From contig NW_024704742.1 in NCBI RefSeq assembly GCF_018977255.1, positions 60,266,001 through 60,330,000 on the forward strand: a DNA stretch of 64,000 nt, read 5' to 3'. The stretch is from Callorhinchus milii. Its lineage: Eukaryota. Numbering within the stretch: the stretch's first letter is position 1; each line of letters starts with the position of its first letter. The notes beneath the pieces are model-generated. The model saw only the letters and a list, made by a program, of their open reading frames with translations, did no database searches and was not told the origin of the DNA. Positions 52,081 to 63,464 of this stretch are shown here, piece after piece. The position numbers and the translations under genes are program-made.

Positions 52081-52477
52081 ACCAGTCTTCAGCAAAAGAC
52101 TAGAAAATGTGATGTTTCTGAACAGATTTATTGTAATCCTTTGTGGCCATTCCAATAATCAGTTCCTTGTCAGAACTCTGAGACTTGATCCCATGTGAAT
52201 GCTGCTTATGTAAATGCAAGCTTTTGTTGTTGCTGCTGCTGTTGTCTGTATAAACTTTTGTTATTTTTGGGGCTCAAAAAANCTGAATTTTTGCAAATGG
52301 TTAACTCAGTGCATTTCTACATCATCAAATATTGAATAACTTTGAAAAAAAATCTGATGATCCTGAACCAAACGACGATTTTGTATCATCATTTTGCATT
52401 TAGCAAAAATCTAAATATTGATAAAAATTCAAATTAATCTGAATCTTTAATCTCTAGCAATAATAATATTAGTAGTG

Positions 52478-52765
52478 ATAATAATAATAATCCTTGCACT
52501 TAGCATTGCACCTTTCACATCAGGAAGACAACCTAAAACATTTCACAGGATAAATTATAAGATGGAGTGACTGTGTTTTGTGGATCAACACAGCAGCCAA
52601 ATTGTGCACAGCAATGTTCCACAAACAGCCATGGAGTGAGTGAACAATTTTATTTGGGGATTGTTGGCCTGGACTTCAGGAGAAACTCTGTTTCTTTTTT
52701 CGAATAGTGCTATGGGATCTTTAACGTCCACCTGAACAGGCAGACGGTGCCTCAGTTTAATGAGC
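52478..52765 (-). mobile_element. SINE family B 3' two-thirds
   Basis: (TAA)n tail...gggatctttaacgtccacctgaacaggcagacgg. Confidence 0.85.
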
Positions 52766-52859
52766 AGCCGGATCATATTCCACACTTTGTTCTTTTCGTG
52801 CATTTGTAATCCCAATTTGTTGGTATCACATCAGTAAAGTTACACAAGCTTTTTAAGTG

Positions 52860-53005
52860 AATGTTAAGATCCCATGGCCCTATTGAGAAGTAAAAGGAGT
52901 TTCTTCTGGTTTCCTGGCCAACAAACTGCCAAATACAACTGGTCATTCACTTCATGGTTGTTTGTGAAACATTATTGAGCACAAATTAAATGATAAAATA
53001 CAGTG
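52860..53005 (+). mobile_element. SINE family B fragment
   Basis: gttaagatcccatggccctattgagaag...tggtcattcacttcatgg. Confidence 0.7.
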
Positions 53006-54614
53006 TCACTTTTTGTTTATTTTGTGTTAAAAGTTGCACATTGACTGTGGCTCATGACTTAATTTGCCTTAACATTGAATTAGCATTAAGTTATTAAAAA
53101 GTAAAAAGGGTTTAATGTAATATTATGTATATTGTAGAAAATTTATAAATTCAGTCATAACTTGAATAGCCGATTGTCCATTATTCTTAAGCAGAATCGA
53201 TTTTGAAATTAAGAATTAATTTAAGATTTTCTTTCAAATCCCTGCAAACTTTGCAAACTTTTTAAAATATTGTAAGCTATAATGTATTTTTACAACATAT
53301 TTTAGATTCAGACCATGTACTTTGAATGGTTCAGATCTGAATGTAAATTGATTCGATTCAAATGTTTATCCCAAGTAATATCTGTTATCCATGTGGAAAA
53401 AAAATGAACTCTTTGAACTCTACTTCAAAGATTCAACATTTAAAAAATAACTTGAAAGCTGAATTGAAGAAGCTTTCTTCTGTACATATATAAATGCAAT
53501 ATCAAACAGAAGATAAAATAAAAACAGGGAGGGAGGGAAGGACGAAGATTAGAAATAATAACACCCAAATTTACAAGGCCCACTTAATAATGAATATGGT
53601 AATGTGCAAAGGATCATTTGTGATTACAAAATGTGAGATATTTAATCCATTTTACCCAAAAAGATACCAGCAAGTGGGGAGATAGCAGCTGTGTGACTTA
53701 TGCATTTGATTTTATGATAATTTGCTTATTCAGAGTGTGTAAAATGAAGCTATAATTTAATGCAAAATACAGGTTTAAGTCATTGACTCTGAAGTTCTAA
53801 TTACATTTTGGACTCAGTCCCACTGGTCAAAGAGATCATGTAGCAGCAGATGGAGTAACTCCACCAGCAGAGAGCATTTCACTAATGGGGCAATGCTGCC
53901 TGCTGCAGTGTGAACTTCCTAAGCAGTGGGGAAGGAGTTTGTGCTGGATTATGATACATTTTTTTTTACATATACCCATATCCTTAAACAATGAAGAGCA
54001 TGCTTCTGATGGTTAATTATTGAAATGTGCTTTACATGACATACGATTGGCTGAACTGTATGGGGAAGAGTTCAAGGTAAACTTGACTTTGCCATATCCA
54101 GTCAATAACAGGAGAAATGCTTCTTTCAATACAAATCAAGAAAAAATAAGCAATCATGTTTCTTTCATGAGTTATTTTACTTTATTGCCATCATTCTTTT
54201 GTTTTGCTTGTTTCTTTGAAATTTTGATATGAGTCTCATTCTTTTTACATTTATTTATTGTATTCTCTTTCCTCTGTGGTGGATCAAAATGCAAATGGTT
54301 ATCAAGTATTATAAATGAGAAATAAGTTAAAAAAGAACAGAAAAGTCCTAACAGCTCACAGTGAGCAAGGAGCTACTTGAGATAAACTATCAGCCCAAAG
54401 TAGCTGTAGAAGAGCTCATACCTGTCTGCTGTAGAAAGAAGGATCTGCTTTCTTTGTGCAGCCTGTAAAGGACACTTGCTGAAAGAAGCACTTGGATCTT
54501 GTGTCAGATCATAATACAAAACCATGAGGTCAAACTAGGTATTTGGGCTGCCTTTGGGCATAATATCTGAAGGCTCGTCCACCAATAGTAGGAAGCAAAA
54601 TTCAAAAAGTACAA

Positions 54615-55030
54615 ATAATTGTGTTTAATCTAGTGTCTTTCATGTCGAGAGGATGTCTCAAAGTGCTTCATAGGATTTATTGTATAATGTTGTGACTGTA
54701 TTTTTGTAGGTGAATGCAGCAGCCAACTTATGCATAGCAATATCCCACAAACAGCCATGAAGTGACTAACCATTTTTTTATTTGAGCATTTTGCCCAGGG
54801 TACAGGATACAGGCCCTTCTCTTTTTGATTAGTGACATGGGATCTTCAATGTCCACCAGAACAGGCTGATGTGACATCTCATCTAAAGGAATGGCACCTC
54901 CCACAATGTAGCATATCCCTGCACAATATTTGGAGTATTAATTTGGAATGTGATTTTAAAGAACTGAGGTGGGTCTTGAACCCATAATCTTTAAATTCAA
55001 GGCAAAAGAGTTACTATTTGAGCCACGTAC
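54615..55030 (-). mobile_element. SINE family B, near full length
   Basis: Tail, Deu core and head in order. Confidence 0.8.
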
Positions 55031-55270
55031 CTAAAGAGTAAGAACAAGCAGTAGATCAGAGTCAGAAGGCAAAGGGTGGAGTTGGAGGAGATTGTAAACA
55101 TATAGGAAAGTCCTAGATCCTGAAGGAATTTGAAGATCAGGATGAGGATCATTAAGTCAATCCACTGGGATAATGGTAACCAGTGGAGTCCAGGAAGGAT
55201 AGGGATAATTGTTGCAGGACAAAAGTTTGACTGTAGACTTTTGGATGAGTTGTAGCTTGGAGCAAGGATC
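55030..55270 (-). mobile_element. Old L2 fragment
   Basis: PILPGLHWLPLSQWIDLMILILIFK. Confidence 0.7.
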
Positions 55271-56174
55271 CCTGAGAGCAAGAATGACGTCTGGGCCTGA
55301 GCATTACAAATGCTTACATATTGAGTGTCATGAAAGGCGAAAGAAAGGTTTCTTATCAAGAGGCAGCCATCACAGAGTACTGATTCTCTGCAAAGATGAT
55401 AAACAAAAAGTAAGTAATCAGTCATTCCTATTGTGGATATGGGGATCTAATAGAAGACAATATCTCAGACGATTTCTTATGAAAAATATAGATCATATTT
55501 CATACCTTCTCTTTGAAGTAAATAAACATTTGAGGTACATGTACACTTTGACCAAAATGGATAAATATCAGAGAAGAATATTGTTCATATTAGAAAGGGA
55601 CATTGAAGAGAAAATCACATTTCATCTGCAAAATATGCAATTCACTTTACAGTATATTCTGTGAAGAGCTTTCAGACATCTCAATGACCTGATAAGGCAC
55701 TATATCAAATGCCAGGATTATTATTATAAGTGAGTGAGATTGAAAGTCATGTCCTCCATAATGGATGCTTATTCCAAATTCAAAACAATCCTAATTAAGT
55801 AATGGTTGGTATTTGAACTTCCACACAAAATTATTTCATTCTAGGCAACTGCACAGGCTGGCAAATAGTTCCACCAGCACAAGAAGCAGGGAGTGAAGAC
55901 TTGCTACAGTACCCTACATTGAGCTTTTTGATTTGTACATGATGCTGAAGTGGATCTGCAGCAGCTCTTCAGTTCCTGGCATGAACACAAGGTGTGGCTT
56001 CAGCAGCAACATCGCCAGTAGTGCTGTTCCATTCATCACCTTGTTGAAGAGATATCGTCTAGCCACACTGTTGCAATCCTAGAAAGGGTGGACGCTGACT
56101 TTGAATAGGAAAGCCTCCTCCAGTTCATGACTTTGTATTATCCTAGTTCTTAATGCAAGAGAAAGAAAAAAGGC

Positions 56175-56652
56175 CAGAGGTGCTGTCCTTCAGATGGGAT
56201 GTTAAACTTGGGTCCTGGCTGTCTGTTCAGGTGCATGTTAAAGATGCCATGGCGTTAGTCAAAAAAGAAGGGAGTTTCTCCTGGTGTCATTTACTTCATG
56301 GCTGTTTGTGAAACATTGCTGTGAACAAATAAAGTGACTGTGAATGTGGCAGCCAGCTAATACATAGCAATGTTCCACAATAGGACATGAAGTGAGTGAC
56401 CATTTTATTTTGGGAATTGTAGGATAAACTTCTCTTTTTGAATATTCCTAGGGAATCTTTAATGTCCACCTGAACAGATAGACATGACCTCAGTTTAACA
56501 TCTCATCCGAAGGATAACACCTCTGACAATGCCGCACTCCCCCAGCAATGCACTGAAGATCATATGAGTTCAAAGTCCCCACGGGGAATGGTGTTAACCT
56601 ATAACCTTCTGACTCAGAGGCTAGAGTGCTACCAATTCAGTCAGGCTAGCAC
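56175..56652. mobile_element. Two SINE family B pieces in inverted orientation (56175-56330 +, 56330-56652 -)
   Basis: Deu core present once on each strand. Confidence 0.8.
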
Positions 56653-57497
56653 AAAGATTTACAAATATGTCCAAAAAATGTATAGTATAGAAATAATCAT
56701 TCAGACCAATCTGTCCTTGCCAGTGTTTATTCCCAAGTCTCCTCACACTCCTTTAATGATTTAATGATTTAATGATATGTTAAATATCACATATACACCT
56801 GCAATCTTCACCTGAAGTTCCTAAGAGAACAGAACTCGATAATCTGATCTTGTTAATTAACTTGAATAAAATGTAAGCATTCAAAATACTGGCTCATGCC
56901 AATTCATGGCAAATTCTGCTTATGTAGCCTCATTAAACATATTGGCTGAGTCCAAGGAAATACAGGATTGAATTCTGATCAATTATTTTTGTCTTTATGT
57001 TTTTTTTTACAAATTTAACTCTTTTTCCCTTTTGGCGCACAGGGATGGATCAATCCCTCCCTGGGCAAGAAAATAATGCAAAGAGAAAAATATGGGTTGA
57101 CATTTCATGTCTGACTCTGAAAGGTCTCTCATTCAGATAATGCTTAACTTACTACGGTTTTCTAGATTTGTCTTTTTACAGCTGACTCAAAGCATTTGCA
57201 TGTTTTCTTTTTCATTTTTCTTTGTACTTGTGTTAAGGGTTGCTGAACCAAAATGCCTGGGATTTGATAATAGTCTACGTTTTCATACTTAAAGTCCCCA
57301 ATGCTCTGGCCACCAATCCCTCAGGTAAAGTTGGTCATTCACTGTTAGTGGGACATTGCTGTGTGCAAATTGGTTGTCATGTTTGTGCCTAAAAGACAAA
57401 GCCACTAAACTTTAAGGCACTTTGAGACATCGTCCTCAAAGAAGCTAAAGCATATGTAAGAATTGTTATTATCAATAACAAATGCATGGCATGCATA

Positions 57498-57580
57498 ATT
57501 TTTTTAAAATTTGATCAGCCGGGTGTTGACACATGTGGAAACCCGCCACCATGCTCAGGAGTATCCAAACCAAACAGAGT
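57498..57580 (-). repeat. Family C 3'-terminal stub
   Basis: tttgatcagccgggtgttgacacatgtggaaacccgccaccatgctcaggagtatccaaacc. Confidence 0.8.
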
Positions 57581-57924
57581 GCTGCTTACCAACCTCCAAG
57601 AGTTGGTGAAAGTTTTGATATTAGAAAGCGGTTGCTCGAGCACTAAAAGCAATGCAGTGGGGGGGCTTAATCTCTTCACATTTTACATTTACAGATTTAA
57701 AAAATGCCTGTGAGCTGGCAGCTGAGGTGCTTCCAATGCACAAGACCAGCAGTGTATGATCACCATTTTAGGTTTTATTTTAGAGGGTTGAGCATGACAA
57801 TTATTATCAATATTAGCATATTATTACAAATTATTACAAATATTAGCATGACAATATGACAATTATTATCACTAGTAATAATTACTGTATGACATTGTTG
57901 GTAAATGTGCATGATTAGGTTATT

Positions 57925-58002
57925 TAATTTTTTAATTTGGTCAGCCGGGTATTGACACTTGTGGAAACCCGCCACCATGCTCAAGAGTATCCAAACCAAA
58001 CA
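57925..58002 (-). repeat. Family C 3'-terminal stub
   Basis: tttggtcagccgggtattgacacttgtggaaacccgccaccatgctcaagagtatccaaacc. Confidence 0.8.
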
Positions 58003-58199
58003 TTGACCATGGAGCATGACGGTGTCTCCCTCCTGACTCTGATACAATTGTTGGACCCCAAAGTCCCACAAATAACTTTGGCAGCCAGACAGGGGGGAGG
58101 TAAGTGGGGTAAACACAAACAACGCACAGATAAAGACTTTGACAGACAAACAAAGGCAGGGGGGAGAGGTAAATTGGGTCTCAGTGGGGCTGAGCCGGC

Positions 58200-58605
58200 T
58201 ACAAGCTGAAATGCACAAAATCTCAGAATCTAGTCAACCCTCTGGTGGCAGTTTTGATAATCCAATTCCAGAGCCAGATGGTTCCACAGTACTCCTGGGC
58301 ATTGCTGATGACAGACCAGGCAGCCTGGCTTATCAACAGGACTCAGAAACTTGCCAGATGGTGCTTGCTATGGCCAGTTATGCAGTTTGAGCTGGATAAA
58401 CTCCAGCAGTACCCCAACACACATTTTGCCTTGGCTCTCACCAAACTAATACTATGCATCCCACAGGGAGAGAATACACATTCCATTTCAGACACAGGAT
58501 AATTTCCATATGAATGTGCAATACATATGTGGAACTTTCAATCTGGTTTGGATACATTTAGATACACGTAGCATCGTGATGTTTTTTCACCCAGCTGACC
58601 AAACG
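58200..58605 (+). repeat. Family C, old internally deleted copy
   Basis: ccctctggtggc...gcagcctggct...ggagagaatacacattccatt...tggtttggatac...cacccagctgaccaaa. Confidence 0.65.
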
Positions 58606-59186
58606 GAACTAATGTCCTGTCGATGATGGGTTCCCCATAACTGGGATGCCTATAACCGAGTGGAGTAATGTAACTGTGGCCTATTGAATAACTTGTACAA
58701 TTCCGCAAATTACAGCACATGCTGCACATTTGGCCTCAGTGGGGCACAAAAGATCTCAATGATGTCACAAATTCTGTGCAACTGTGCCATCAAATGCCTG
58801 AGGGAGATGTCCAGTACTGCGAACCGGAACTGTGAAGATTGCAAATTAGAAGTGACAATCAAAAGGTTACAACCAGCCAGGCCCATCAGCAATAATGTTT
58901 GTGTTAAGTTTAAGAAAACAACTCAAAACCTATGCGACCCCCATAAATTTTGAAAAGGTTGATAGTTGTGGAGAGCAGAATTTCAGTAAAGAAATGCCTC
59001 ATTGACTTATCCATCCACTTGCTTTCAGGGGTGATCCACCATGTTGGGATTCAGGACTACAAGTTTATTTGTATGAAGCACTTTGAAACATTCCACTGAA
59101 ATGAAAGGCATTAACATTAATGTAAATTGTTATTATTCAATTAACTTTGGTACATGACAGGTCAGTACCACAACTATTACCGACAA

Positions 59187-59605
59187 GATGTCAGCTTGGC
59201 TCAGCAGATAGCACTCTCATCTCTGAGTCAGCAGGTTGTGGATTCAAGCCCCATTTGAGATTTGAACTCATATCGTCTAGGCTGACACTCCAGTGCAGTG
59301 TGTGATGTATTGTTGGAGATGTCATACTTCGATAAGATTTTAAACTGTCTGTCTGTTCAGGTAGATGTTACAGATCCCATGGTACTATTTGGAAAGAGAA
59401 GTAAGTTGCTTCCGGTGTCCTGGTGTCAAAAAAAAACAAAATAAAATTAGTCACTCACTTCAAGGCTATTTGTAGGAGATTGCTATGATAAAATGTCTGC
59501 TGCATTCACCAGAAAAATGACAGTGAGTGCACAGTATATCCTGTGAAGCGCTTTGAGATGTCATCCCAACATGAAAAGTGCTAAATTACATGTAAGGATT
59601 ATTAT
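59187..59605 (+). mobile_element. SINE family B, full length
   Basis: tgtcagcttggctcagcag (A box) ...ggattcaagcc (B box), Deu core, tail ...gtaaggattattat. Confidence 0.9.
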
Positions 59606-59734
59606 AAAAAGGAATATTCGTAAACTGGATTTATTTTGCTCACAGGTTGGACTCTTTGGCTGTGAATCTCCCAACTTGCATTTTCACATATTGGAACCCC
59701 AAACTAAATGCAAGAATTCTGAGGGTTAACATTC

Positions 59735-60105
59735 AACAACAATAGCAAAAATTACATTTATATAGTGCCTTTCATGTTGGGAGGAAATCCCAAGGTGTTC
59801 GATAGTCAAGGGTTTGCACCGAGCTGGGTGTTGGATACGGGGTTTGGGAGCTCAGAGGAGGGGGGATGAGGGGAGGATAACCAAAGGCATGATCATAGAA
59901 GAAGTTCTTGAGATGAACCATGAAGGGAGCGAGGGAAGGGACGAAGGGATGGGACTCTGGGATGGAGATAGAAAGGTTAATGGTGGGTTGATAAGGCGGG
60001 GAACATGTAGCCGGCAAGTGCCCACTGAGCAGAGAGGAGCGGGCGGTTGGTAGGGTTTTAGAGGGTTGCAATAGTATGGTGGGGCAATACTGTGGAGGGA
60101 AAAAT
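59735..60105 (-). mobile_element. L2 3' fragment
   Basis: caacaac...ttacatttatatagtgcctttcatgttgggagg; similar to 20757-21140. Confidence 0.8.
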
Positions 60106-60187
60106 TCTACTTGGATTTTAATTCTCCATTTTGAAGAACTACAGAAACCAAACAGCTTCAGAGTTATTATTATTATTGTGTGATATT

Positions 60188-60247
60188 ATTAATAATAATA
60201 ATCCTTGAATTCAGTTAAAAGTGAATTCAAGGATTATTATTATTAAT
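60188..60247. repeat. Perfect 26-bp inverted repeat with 8-nt loop
   Basis: attaataataataatccttgaattca-gttaaaag-tgaattcaaggattattattattaat. Confidence 0.95.
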
Positions 60248-60944
60248 GGTGAATTTAACAATTTTCCAAAATCTGGACACTCGAAAATGCTACATTAAGA
60301 GTAAATCTGGACCCAGGTGAAACATTACCCCACTGGTTTGTGAATATCACATTGCTTTTAGACCGCATGGCGAACAAATCTGTTTAGTATAACAGCTGAA
60401 GGACTAAAGCAAGAGCAAGGCATTTTATTTATTAAACACTAATCCCTGATAATTTAACTGTACATTGTATTGAATGTAGCAAATTAACCTGATTTATCAC
60501 AGCTTCCAAATGTATTCTCTGACCCAGAACCCAACCAACAAGGGAGTTTTCACCTCCAGGTACTTCAGAGGTGATTATTCAGGCACTGTGATACCTTCAA
60601 AGGTAATTAGCTTCTAAACCGCAACAATCTGTGAACTTTGTTAATGGTTTTGTGGTTATAAACACTGTTGTTTTAGAATAATCCAAATGACAAATGTTTA
60701 TCAAGTTGGATATATCTGCATAATGCGATCTCATCTTTTTTTTGAGTTTTCTTCTTATTTATTTTGACTTAGTTTGAATTATTATTCTTGACAATGTGTG
60801 TGTATTGTCATAGCTTTAGCACTTCATGTTCCAACAATACCTCTCTGTAGAAAAACTGATATTCTCCCTATGTGAAAAGTTCTACATAAATAAATAATCC
60901 TTACATTTGATATTGCATCTTTCACATCGGTAGGACATCTCTAC

Positions 60945-61174
60945 CTTTTCACGCAATGAGTTGTTCGAATCTGGAACGCATTGACTGAAAGGGTGGTGGA
61001 GGCCAATTCAATAACTACTTTTAAAAATGCGGTGGATGAGTAGGAGGATGGGTCTGCAGCATTATGGGGAAATGGTTGGGGAGTGGGATTGACATTACAT
61101 TGCTCTATTCAAAGTACCGGCACAGATACGATGGGCCGAATGGCCTCTTTTTGTGCTGTATGATTCTATGATTC
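60945..61174 (+). mobile_element. CR1 3' fragment inserted into a minus-strand SINE tail
   Basis: gttgttcgaatctggaacgcattg...gatgggccgaatggcctc...gattctatgattct; the SINE tail continues on both sides. Confidence 0.85.
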
Positions 61175-61317
61175 TTAGCTCTTCACAGGATATTTACTGT
61201 GAGTGCAAATATATGTGCAAATAGTTGTTGTAAAACTCACTGTTTAAAAGTCTCAGTACACTATTCTTACACTACATCTCATAAGGAGGGAAACAATTGA
61301 CTTTTTGGTGTAATTAT

Positions 61318-61495
61318 CATGGAATCATAGAATCCTACAGCACAGAGATGCCATTCACCCATCGTTCCTGTGCTGGCTCTATGAAAGAGCTATCCAATTA
61401 GTCCCAATCCCCCACTCTTTCATCTTTCGAAAGATATTATTGAATTTGTTTCCACCACCCTTTCAGCAGTGCATTCCAGATTGTAACAACTCACT
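61318..61495 (-). mobile_element. CR1 3' fragment
   Basis: gaatcatagaatcc...gaaagagctatccaatt. Confidence 0.8.
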
Positions 61496-61659
61496 TCATA
61501 ATGTTTTTGTCAGATTAACTAAAACTGCAATCAAAAGTAATCCACTGTCCCCCAGACCTTAAGTAAAACAAGTGTAATGGCTGTATTTTGTTAGTGACTT
61601 TGGCAGATAATTGGATCAAAATATTCAGCAGATTTGGTTCGCAATCACAATCTTTCTTG

Positions 61660-61890
61660 GAATAATGTCCTTTCCCGCACCAAGCTCCGAGATCCCATCA
61701 CCCCCATCCTCACCCGACTCCACTGGCTTCCTATCACTTAGAGAATACAGTTCAAGATCCTGGTCCTCACTTTCACATCCTGGCCTATAACCACAGTCTC
61801 CCATGTATGATGCAGTGGAATACATTTGCAATTCAAATTTACATTTATTTAGCACTTCACATTGGGAGGATTTCTCAAAGCACTTCAAAC
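61660..61890. mobile_element. Short L2 fragment (+) followed by an L2/SINE tail stub (-)
   Basis: ccgactccactggcttcct...ttcaagatcctggtcctcac (RLHWLP...FKILVLT); ttacatttatttagcacttcacattgggagg. Confidence 0.7.
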
Positions 61891-63114
61891 AGCTACAGTG
61901 GCTGCAAGTGTGAATGGAAAGATACGTAAAATAAAGTACAGTAAAATATTGTATGTCTACTCACTGAATAGTGTGATACAGTAAAATACAAATGGGAAAA
62001 TCTGGTCAAATTTGAGATTTTATTCTGGAATTTTATTCGAGTTCCAAGAGGTTCATCTGTAAGACTTTACAGATATTATACATGGAAAGCATGACTAACT
62101 GACTCTGAATAAAATACATTCTTTGTATACTTTTTATTTTTGAGGAAAAAGTACAATTGCAAATCTCAAGGGGTTAAAAAAAAGTAATTTTACCCATCAT
62201 TAACCCTTGTCCTAACAATTTAAACCCTGCACTGAACATGTACTATAATCCAACCTGCTCTGCATTGCATGTGCTGATTTAATCCAAGCCTAGTCATGTG
62301 AAAAACAATGTGGGTGATTTTCCTCCTGTCAAGTTACCTTAACGCTTGAGTCGTGACAGGAGTTAAAGCAGCACTTTCAAAGGGACAGATATTTCATCAG
62401 TTTAAAATAAAAGTTGCTGTTTTACACGAAGCGATGCTGGTGACTAATTGTGGTTTCCGAACACATTGCTGAGAAAGCAATTAAGGCAACATTGATGCTG
62501 AAAGCCAATTAAGTCCACTTCTCCTGAGGATTCCCATACATGGGGTGTTCAATCATGGCTGAATAGCCATAAAGTCTATGAACTTGTGGAGTCAATAGTG
62601 TTGCAATATTAGCAGAGAATTTTGTCTTGGGTAATGGGTTGCACTTCAAATGTAGTTCCATTGTATTATCCCAAGAGGGAGTGAGATGATAGTGAGGTTA
62701 CGGTCCACAAGTGAAGGATTCTCCATTCAAAGCCACAAGAGAACTGCACAGTGGGACTCAGGGTAATAAATTCCTCTCGACACTATGGGTAGCATTGTAC
62801 CCTGATAATGGGAAAACCTATTACAAGAACATTTCATCAAAATCACTGCACTTAGAAGCAAGATGAATTATTCACCTTACTTTTCAATTGATAATTAATA
62901 CTTCATTCCACTTTCAATCACATGTCGGTACTGAACTTACTGATACTGCAAGAGGTTCCAATGTTGATCTTTCACTTCAGTTGAACATTGCAGCAAAGAC
63001 TTCAGAAGATCACAAGAGAGGTTTAACTGAAAAAGGCCCTTTACCTTATTTGATCCTTTTCAGAATTTCTATTCTGTCATGCTCCCATCACAGCAACAAG
63101 CATTTTTTTAAATA

Positions 63115-63362
63115 AGTTCCCTGGCCTCAACCATCCTTTCTGGCAACCTGTTTCAGTTGCTAATTACCCTCTGGGTAAAGAACTACTTATTGGTTTCTAC
63201 CCTGATATTGCCCTTTGCAAACCTAAACCAATGTCCTCTTGTTCTACTACTTTGATGCATCTCAAAGTATTGTACTGGGTTTACTTTCTTGATCGCATTT
63301 AATACTTTGCATACTTCTGTAATATTCCCTTGGAAATGTCTCGTATCAAGACTGAAGAGCCC
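63115..63362 (-). mobile_element. Old CR1 fragment
   Basis: Reverse strand reads like FFTQRVISNWNRLP and GLFSL. Confidence 0.65.
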
Positions 63363-63464
63363 TACATTATAATAATATAGTAATCCTTACATTTGATATA
63401 GTGTGCCTTATCACATTGTTGAGACCGCTCAAAGCGCTTCACAGAATTTATTATTGACTGTATT

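Noticed and set aside
62166..62210. piggyBac-like ggggTTAA and TTAAccc ends
   Set aside because: Ends are in the wrong order to enclose an element and no partner ends were found
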